DNA of 64,000 nucleotides from Rickettsiales bacterium (GTDB lineage Bacteria; Pseudomonadota; Alphaproteobacteria; Rickettsiales; JABCZZ01): NCBI GenBank assembly GCA_035765535.1, contig DASTXE010000005.1, positions 137,171 to 201,170 of the forward strand, read 5' to 3'. Shown piece by piece: positions 58,937 to 64,000 of this stretch (position 1 is its first letter; each line of letters starts with the position of its first letter). The notes under the pieces were generated by a model. It saw only the letters and a program-made list of their open reading frames with translations, ran no database searches and was not told where the DNA came from. The position numbers and the translations under genes were made by a program.

Positions 58937-59019
58937 ATCGTGCGGTAATCTGGAATATTATCGCACGATATGCAACTGTTTAGTTTAATTTTATGCGGTT
59001 ATGGCTCAGCTGTCCCGGA

Positions 59020-59652
59020 TCAGAACTTATAGCCGACACCGACACCGACCGTATAAGGGTCGATCGTATCTTTATGATCCGTACCGTTGTTATTACTGAC
59101 TTCCGAACGCATATAGATACGTTTGAAGTCCAGGTTCAGCGACCAGGCCTTGTTAAACTGCAAATCCGCACCGAGCTGAATAACAGGAGCGATGCTGGAG
59201 CTATAGCCCAGCGAGTTGCCGTTTGCACTGTCGGTGCCGAAGAAGCGCGTGTAGTTCACACCGGCGCCGACATAGGGACGAATGATTTTATCTGAAAAGA
59301 AATGGTATTTCAGCGTCAGAGACGGTGAAGCAAGCCAGACTTTGCCCATATTGGAGCCGTTCTGGTTGGACTTCACGTTATGCGACGAAACCAGCAGTGA
59401 CAATTCCGAAGAAATATTCGGGGAGAGATAGTAATCCGCGTCGATATCCACACCGGCATTATGCTCGAGGATAGGCATAAGTTCGTTGCTTGCATCTACC
59501 CCTTCGTCCGACGGCAGCACTTCCACATAACGGATGCGGCCGATCAGATCCCCTTCACCGGCGGCCTGAGCAGTACCGGCAGCAAATAACGATACGCCGA
59601 ACAAAGCGGCAACGGAGGTGACAATACTCTTCCTGATGGTGTTCTTCATCAT
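59020..59652 (-). CDS. ompW: OmpW-family outer-membrane protein
   Basis: The ATG at 59652 gives MMKNTIRKSIVTSVAALFGVSLFAAGTAQA, a signal peptide. PYVGAGVNYTRFF is present and the C-terminus ends GVGYKF. Confidence 0.75.
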   Translation of the reverse strand: MMKNTIRKSIVTSVAALFGVSLFAAGTAQAAGEGDLIGRIRYVEVLPSDEGVDASNELMPILEHNAGVDIDADYYLSPNISSELSLLVSSHNVKSNQNGSNMGKVWLASPSLTLKYHFFSDKIIRPYVGAGVNYTRFFGTDSANGNSLGYSSSIAPVIQLGADLQFNKAWSLNLDFKRIYMRSEVSNNNGTDHKDTIDPYTVGVGVGYKF

Positions 59653-59830
59653 AAACGCATAGACCCTAAGTTGTAACTGAGAGTTGACTTCTATATTGCA
59701 AAATCTTAGAAAGTCAAGCGCAATACGGCGCTTTCGGCACAATTTCCGATTGTTTTGTTAATATCTCTTAATGATTTTTTTATACAGAATCCATATATCC
59801 TTATAGCATTATTACAAAACGGCACAGGCA

Positions 59831-60553
59831 ATGACCAATTCTGCTCCAAAACAGGCTATGATACTCGCAGCGGGACTCGGAACGCGTATGCGGCCGCTGA
59901 CCGATAGCTTGCCCAAACCCTTGGTGGAAGTGGCCGGAAAGCCTTTGATTGACTATGCGATTGAAGGACTTGAGCGCGAGGGGATAGAGAAGATCGTCGT
60001 CAATGTCTCGTACATGGCGGATAAGATCGTGCAGTATCTGAAAGGCAGATACTCGGCGGAACTGCTGTTTTCCTATGAGGACGCGCCGCTGGAAACCGGT
60101 GGAGGCATCGCCAAGGCGCTGCATTTCTTTGATGATAAGCCGTTCTTTACCGTCAATAGCGATGTGATCTGGATCGACCAAGGCGCTTCCGCCATCCAGC
60201 GCATGAGTGAGATGTGGGATAATTCGCTGGATGCATTACTGCTGCTGCATCCGACGAAAGACGCGCCCGGCTATGAGGGCAAAGGGGATTTCTTTGCGGA
60301 CGGGCAGGGTAATCTCACGCGCCGCACGCCGGAGGGAGAGGCTCCTTATATTTACACCGGCATCCAGCTTCTGCATCCGCGCATGTTCGTGGGCTGCCCG
60401 GAAGGCAAGTTTTCCATCAACCTGCTTTATAATCAGGCAATGCAGTCTGTGCCGCCGCGCATCAGGGGTCTGGTCCATAACGGGGCGCTGCTGAATGTGG
60501 GCGATCCGGAGGGCAAAAGGCTGGCGGACGAATATATGTATAAGAATCGTTAA
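59831..60553 (+). CDS. sugar-1-phosphate nucleotidyltransferase, MurU-like
   Basis: MILAAGLGTRMRPLTDSLPKPLVEVAGKPLI N-terminal signature, 240 aa. Confidence 0.65.
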   Translation: MTNSAPKQAMILAAGLGTRMRPLTDSLPKPLVEVAGKPLIDYAIEGLEREGIEKIVVNVSYMADKIVQYLKGRYSAELLFSYEDAPLETGGGIAKALHFFDDKPFFTVNSDVIWIDQGASAIQRMSEMWDNSLDALLLLHPTKDAPGYEGKGDFFADGQGNLTRRTPEGEAPYIYTGIQLLHPRMFVGCPEGKFSINLLYNQAMQSVPPRIRGLVHNGALLNVGDPEGKRLADEYMYKNR

Positions 60554-60597
60554 TATAGATAGACAGCGGGATGGCAACTTGCTAGAAACCGTTTTCA

Positions 60598-61596
60598 ATG
60601 GATACCGCCCTAACGCATAAACCCACGCTGAACCGCCTGCACGCGCTCGTGCGCGAAGACCTTGCACGCGTCAATGCCATCATTACGAGTAATTTGGGGG
60701 AAGATGTTCCGCTGATTCCGGCGGTTGCCCAGCATATTATCGCTTCCGGCGGCAAGCGCCTGCGCCCGTCGCTCACGCTGCTTTCGGCCCGCCTCTGCGG
60801 CTATCGCAGCGGAGAACGCCATTCCCAGCTGGCAGCCAGCATCGAACTCATTCACACGGCCACCCTGCTGCATGACGATGTGGTGGATGAAAGCAAAATG
60901 CGCCGCGGCAAAGCCACCGCCAATGAACTCTGGGGCAATAAGGCGAGCGTTCTGGTGGGGGATTTCCTGCTTAGCCGCGCGTTCCAGCTCATGGTGGCGG
61001 ACGGCTCGCTCAAGGCGCTCAAGATTCTTTCCGACGCTTCGGCGATCATTTCCCGCGGGGAAGTTATGCAGCTGACGACCGCCAATAACATGGAAACCAC
61101 GCAGGCGCAGTATCTGGAAGTCATCACTTCCAAGACTGCCGCTTTGTTTGCCGCTGCCTGCGAGCTTGGCGCGGTCGTCTCCGGCCAGACGCAGATGGAA
61201 GGCGTGCTCAATGAAATCGGCCTGTGCCTTGGCATTGCGTTCCAGATCATGGATGACGCGCTCGATTACGCTGCGAACGAAAAGACGCTCGGCAAAGCCG
61301 TGGGCGATGATTTTCGCGACGGCAAAGTGACGCTGCCTGTGATTCTCGCCTATACGGATGGCAGTGCTGAGGAGCGGACCTTCTGGAAGCGCACGATGGA
61401 AGAGCAGGATATCCATGACGGCGATCTGGAGCATGCGACCGATCTTATCGCCCGTTATGATGCCATTACGCGCTCGGTCGCGGTGGCGGAAAACTATTGT
61501 GAAACCGCGAGAAAGCTCATTTCCCGATTCGCGGATTCAGAAGAAAAAGAAGCATTGCTGGAAACAGTTGCTTTTTGTACGCAAAGGTCTTATTAA
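60598..61596 (+). CDS. ispB: polyprenyl (octaprenyl-type) diphosphate synthase
   Basis: First and second Asp-rich motifs LLHDDVVD and FQIMDDALD. Confidence 0.8.
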   Translation: MDTALTHKPTLNRLHALVREDLARVNAIITSNLGEDVPLIPAVAQHIIASGGKRLRPSLTLLSARLCGYRSGERHSQLAASIELIHTATLLHDDVVDESKMRRGKATANELWGNKASVLVGDFLLSRAFQLMVADGSLKALKILSDASAIISRGEVMQLTTANNMETTQAQYLEVITSKTAALFAAACELGAVVSGQTQMEGVLNEIGLCLGIAFQIMDDALDYAANEKTLGKAVGDDFRDGKVTLPVILAYTDGSAEERTFWKRTMEEQDIHDGDLEHATDLIARYDAITRSVAVAENYCETARKLISRFADSEEKEALLETVAFCTQRSY

Positions 61597-61625
61597 GACC
61601 GCTCGCTGGTTTTTCAGCGGGGCAT

Positions 61626-61702
61626 CGGAGTGTAGCTCAGCCTGGTAGAGCACTACGTTCGGGACGTAGGGGCCGGAGGTTCGAATCCTCTCACTCCGAC
61701 CA
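61626..61702 (+). tRNA. tRNA-Pro (anticodon CGG)
   Basis: Hand-folded cloverleaf: acceptor CGGAGTG/CACTCCG, D arm GCTC..GAGC, anticodon arm CTACG-TTCGGGA-CGTAG, T arm GGAGG-TTCGAAT-CCTCT, encoded CCA. Confidence 0.9.
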
Positions 61703-61741
61703 TTTATTGGTCTCCCCGCTTTTCAATATTAGGTGTGGCAT

Positions 61742-62128
61742 ATGGAACAGGACGAGATTGCAATCCGGCAACTGGTGGCCACCTGGATGGAAGCCAGCAA
61801 ATCCGGCGATGTTCAGACCGTGCTCAGCCTCATGACGGACGATGTGGTATTCATGGTGCCGGGCGCGAAGCCTTTCGGCAAGGAAGCGTTTGCCGCTGCT
61901 TCGCAGGGCATGAAATCCATGAAGATGGACGGCAAGAGCGAAATACTGGAACTGGAAGTGCTGGGCGACTGGGCCTATGCGCGCAGCTTTATCGACATGA
62001 CCGTCACCCCGCCCAATGGCGACCCCATCCACCGCAACGGTCATACATTGACACTCTTTAAGAAAGACGTAGACGGGAAGTGGAAGCTCGCCCGCGATGC
62101 GAATATGCTTACGGTGGTGAAGGGGTAG
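61742..62128 (+). CDS. SnoaL-like / NTF2-fold (DUF4440-like) protein
   Basis: MEQDEIAIRQLVATWMEASKSGDVQTVLSLMTDDVVFMVPG is the usual opening of this fold. An AGGTG SD lies 6 nt before the ATG at 61742. Confidence 0.55.
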   Translation: MEQDEIAIRQLVATWMEASKSGDVQTVLSLMTDDVVFMVPGAKPFGKEAFAAASQGMKSMKMDGKSEILELEVLGDWAYARSFIDMTVTPPNGDPIHRNGHTLTLFKKDVDGKWKLARDANMLTVVKG

Positions 62129-62149
62129 AGCGCTACGTCCCGAACGTAG
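62124..62149 (+). repeat. 26-nt fragment derived from the D-arm/anticodon arm of tRNA-Pro
   Basis: GGTAGAGCGCTACGTCCCGAACGTAG compared with tRNA positions 61644-61669, GGTAGAGCACTACGTTCGGGACGTAG, is 22/26 identical in direct orientation. 62133-62149 is the exact reverse complement of the anticodon stem-loop 61653-61669. The fragment overlaps the SnoaL-like stop codon. Confidence 0.8.
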
Positions 62150-62152
62150 AAA

Positions 62153-62929
62153 CTAATCTTTTGGGGATAGAGCCAAAGCCTCTTCCATAGTCATCGCTCC
62201 CTTTCTGCAACGCTCGACAATCTCATCAAAGCTAGCTGTAGATTCTTTAAAATAACGAGAAAACCATCCCCATTTGGCTAACTTAATTAATTCGTCAGAT
62301 TTTTTATATTTATCAATATTGTGGGTTGTTAACTTAATGACCCAGTCTCGCCACCAAGAGGGGCATCGTATTAGTGTATCGTCTAGATAATCCAAGTGTA
62401 AAATCCCATCAAAGTCTTCCTTTATCATTTTCCCTACATACGCTTCGGCTGGAGCGGCTATTGGTAATACATCATCTGATACTACTATTCGGGGATAGAT
62501 TGCGACCTTGGATTCCATTTCGTATGCCCTATTAAGTCCTTCACCAAAAATAATGCCTTTATGGTGGTATATATTTCCAAGAGTTAAACTTCCTCGTAGA
62601 AGAAAACCATCACGCAAAGTTCGAATGATTAGTGAACCAACAATCTTTCTAAATTCCACAATTACCCAATCCAGAACCTTATGCTTCTTTAAAGGTGCGA
62701 TAGGATAAGAGACGACCAAATGATCAGAAAAGGTGCTAATTGCCGGGTTCATTTCTATCATATTTCCCGGAATTTCCTCAATTTGATACTCTCTTTTTAT
62801 GCCCGCTATAATTGTAAGCAACTCCTCAATTATATCGATTATCTCTTTATTGCTACGAATGGCATCTTTGAATCCGAGTAAATCTATATACAGGATAATA
62901 TGGTCTTGGTATTCTTCGGGAGAGGACAT
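62153..62929 (-). CDS. orphan AT-rich protein with a class III nucleotidyl-cyclase / GGDEF-type palm-like N-terminal domain and a Trp-rich C-terminal tail
   Basis: 258 aa. HIILYIDLLGFKDAI, AISTFSDHLVVSYP and FLLRGSLTLGNIYHHKGIIFGEGLNRAYEMESKVAIYPRIVVSDDV occur in the order and spacing of cyclase-homology-domain motifs. The start codon is 23 nt from the tRNA-Phe 3' end. Confidence 0.6.
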   Translation of the reverse strand: MSSPEEYQDHIILYIDLLGFKDAIRSNKEIIDIIEELLTIIAGIKREYQIEEIPGNMIEMNPAISTFSDHLVVSYPIAPLKKHKVLDWVIVEFRKIVGSLIIRTLRDGFLLRGSLTLGNIYHHKGIIFGEGLNRAYEMESKVAIYPRIVVSDDVLPIAAPAEAYVGKMIKEDFDGILHLDYLDDTLIRCPSWWRDWVIKLTTHNIDKYKKSDELIKLAKWGWFSRYFKESTASFDEIVERCRKGAMTMEEALALSPKD

Positions 62930-62952
62930 GCTATTTCATAGAAGCATTAAAA

Positions 62953-63028
62953 TGGTGCCCAGAGCCGGAATCGAACCAGCGACACAGGGATTTTCAGTCC
63001 CTTGCTCTACCAACTGAGCTATCTGGGC
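62953..63028 (-). tRNA. tRNA-Phe (anticodon GAA)
   Basis: The reverse complement reads GCCCAGATAGCTCAGTTGGTAGAGCAAGGGACTGAAAATCCCTGTGTCGCTGGTTCGATTCCGGCTCTGGGCACCA. The cloverleaf folds by hand and CCA is encoded. Confidence 0.9.
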
Positions 63029-63191
63029 ATTTCGCGAGCGCGCAGAGCCTTATAGGGTAAACTATTTTGTTTGTCTACAGGTTCCGTAGACAAATTTCGA
63101 CAATATCATGAAAATAAGGAATTCCGTTGCGGGGCATGGCGTTACACATGATCTGGCGGTGGAATCTGAGGGAACAACGTAATAACGCACG

Positions 63192-63237
63192 CCGGTGGCG
63201 CCGTGCCTCCCCATCTGGGGTGACGCGGCGCCGCCGG
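63192..63237 (-). terminator. long GC-rich hairpin downstream of the GC-rich ORF
   Basis: CCGGTGGCGCCGTGCCTCCCCA / TGGGGTGACGCGGCGCCGCCGG. About 18 Watson-Crick pairs plus 2 G-U of 22 positions. It lies inside the GC-rich block, 19 nt past the stop codon. Confidence 0.4.
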
Positions 63238-63255
63238 TTGAGATGTGCGACCCGA

Positions 63256-63660
63256 TCAGTCCTGACGCCGCCGGTCGTGCACAGCCAGCCACTCCTGGTT
63301 GCTGCTCCAGTCGTCCGGGATGCCGTCGAGGTACTCACGGTTGCTGCTCTCGATGTTGCTGAGAACCCGTTCGATGTACCTCGTGTACGCCCGCACGACG
63401 GAGGAGTGCTCGGTCGTGTAGAGGCCGGCGACCTCGTCGAGCGCGATGAACAGCTCGTCGCGGTCCAGCGCGCTGAACCTGATGCGCTCGTCGTAGACGG
63501 TCTCACCGCTGATGGGCTCGGTCACCATGATGTGGAGGCCGGGCAGCGGGCTGACCGTCGGCGGGGCGTAGGTGTGAACGTCGATCTGGAAGACGACGCC
63601 CCGGAACTCCACCACGTCAGCGTTGTCGGCAACGCGGTGGCGCCTGCGTGTCGTACTCAT
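63256..63660 (-). CDS. hypothetical protein encoded in a strongly GC-rich, GC3-biased block (foreign composition)
   Basis: 134 aa, MSTTRRRHRVADNADVVEFRGVVFQIDVH.... Codons end overwhelmingly in G/C in this frame. A GGAGG SD lies 7 nt upstream of the ATG. The competing ORFs in other frames are Arg/Ala/Pro-rich shadows. Confidence 0.6.
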   Translation of the reverse strand: MSTTRRRHRVADNADVVEFRGVVFQIDVHTYAPPTVSPLPGLHIMVTEPISGETVYDERIRFSALDRDELFIALDEVAGLYTTEHSSVVRAYTRYIERVLSNIESSNREYLDGIPDDWSSNQEWLAVHDRRRQD

Positions 63661-64000
63661 CTCACTACCTCCAGTGGGTAGACGGACCAGCTTGTTAGGC
63701 TGGCATAACAGTTCCCCGCAACAGACACGTCGTTGTGTTCGCTGCGATACTCCTGTGTTAGCAAGTATAAGTACGCCGAAACGTACTCGACTGGAAATGC
63801 AGACATATGCATTGCTGCACTGTTTCTACTTCCAGGGAACCTTGCCATATTAGCATATAATTGGTTAATTTTCTTATAAAGCCTTGAGAGTTACGCTTAA
63901 AGAAGCGCTAAAAATATTACTTATCAATATCTTCCAGTTAACAATAAGCTAAAATCGGTCGCTGGTATATTCCGACAGGGTGTGGCCGAGGGTTTTGGCT

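Larger units (their letters stand above)
63126..63722. repeat. 9-bp inverted repeat bracketing the GC-rich block
   Basis: GTTGCGGGG (63126-63134) and CCCCGCAAC (63714-63722), 11/13 when extended. They coincide with the two composition steps. Confidence 0.3.

Noticed and set aside
59653-59830. Possible FNR/FixK boxes upstream of ompW (TTGACTT-N21-AAGTCAA at about 59685-59719) and upstream of the cco operon
   Set aside because: Neither spacing nor half-sites fit TTGAT-N4-ATCAA. The 7-bp inverted repeat has a 21-nt spacer. Evidence is insufficient to call a regulator site.
62100-62175. A third tRNA gene or tRNA pseudogene on the minus strand around the tRNA-Pro-like fragment
   Set aside because: Only the anticodon stem-loop and 9 flanking nt match. 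No acceptor, D or T arms can be folded in either orientation.
63075-63681. Alternative ORFs in the GC-rich block (63127..63681 plus strand, 63075..63506 minus strand)
   Set aside because: Their translations are Arg/Ala/Pro/Thr-rich, as expected for off-frame reading of high-GC DNA. Only the 63256..63660 frame has G/C-ending codons, a balanced amino-acid mix and an SD.
63657-63848. 63-aa minus-strand ORF whose TGA overlaps the ATG of the GC-rich gene (ATGA), suggesting a two-gene toxin-antitoxin-like module
   Set aside because: It has no SD. Its composition differs from the downstream gene. It spans the composition step and the right arm of the 9-bp inverted repeat. It is probably a chance ORF created at the junction.
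1-64000. Window-wide look for CRISPR arrays, IS elements or transposases, integrases, prophage genes, rRNA, tmRNA, RNase P, 6S or SRP RNAs
   Set aside because: I saw no spaced direct repeats, no transposase or integrase-like ORFs, and no intergenic region long or structured enough for these RNAs. Only two tRNAs were found. This was done by eye, so short or degenerate elements could have been missed.

Overview
Densely packed chromosomal segment of about 65 genes, roughly half G+C by eye. It reads like a flagellated alphaproteobacterium with a cbb3 oxidase. Most of it is core housekeeping: glyQ (partial), hpf, a truncated hprK, purN-purM, tsaC/sua5, fliM, pmbA-mtaB-dapF, ssb, a cobT-like gene and hslO. 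It also holds an RND pump with a NodT-type outer-membrane factor, a peptidoglycan-remodelling trio (lytic transglycosylase, RlpA, PBP5/6-type carboxypeptidase), trmL, ahcY, a family-5-like UDG and a Wzt/Wzm-type ABC exporter with gmhA. The rest of the core set is a beta-oxidation pair, an AcpA-type phosphoesterase, tsaE with an amgK-like kinase, ggt, ccoNOQP-ccoG-fixH, ompW, a murU-like gene, ispB, tRNA-Pro(CGG) and tRNA-Phe(GAA). I recognised no CRISPR array, IS element, transposase or integrase. Between the core genes sit orphan genes, mostly AT-shifted, that I cannot place in a family. The best candidates for something new, in order: (1) a tRNA-Pro/tRNA-Phe hot spot at 61.6-63.7 kb, a compositional mosaic. 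It carries an AT-rich orphan gene for a nucleotide-cyclase/palm-like protein with no partner effector, a 26-nt tRNA-Pro-derived fragment, and a very GC-rich single-gene block with its own SD and terminator. (2) A 927-aa orphan protein with an embedded NNMT/PNMT/TEMT-like (eukaryote-type) methyltransferase domain. (3) A 78-aa hydrophobic ORF bracketed by a perfect 17-nt inverted repeat, with each copy displayed in a local hairpin loop. (4) A five-gene operon: receiver, CheA-P1-like Hpt lacking the phospho-His, two membrane proteins and a FliK-like protein. (5) A divergent orphan pair (CorA-like architecture plus GNAT-like) next to amgK. All product calls rest on motif and pattern recognition by eye. 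No database, HMM or folding computation was run, and start codons are best guesses.
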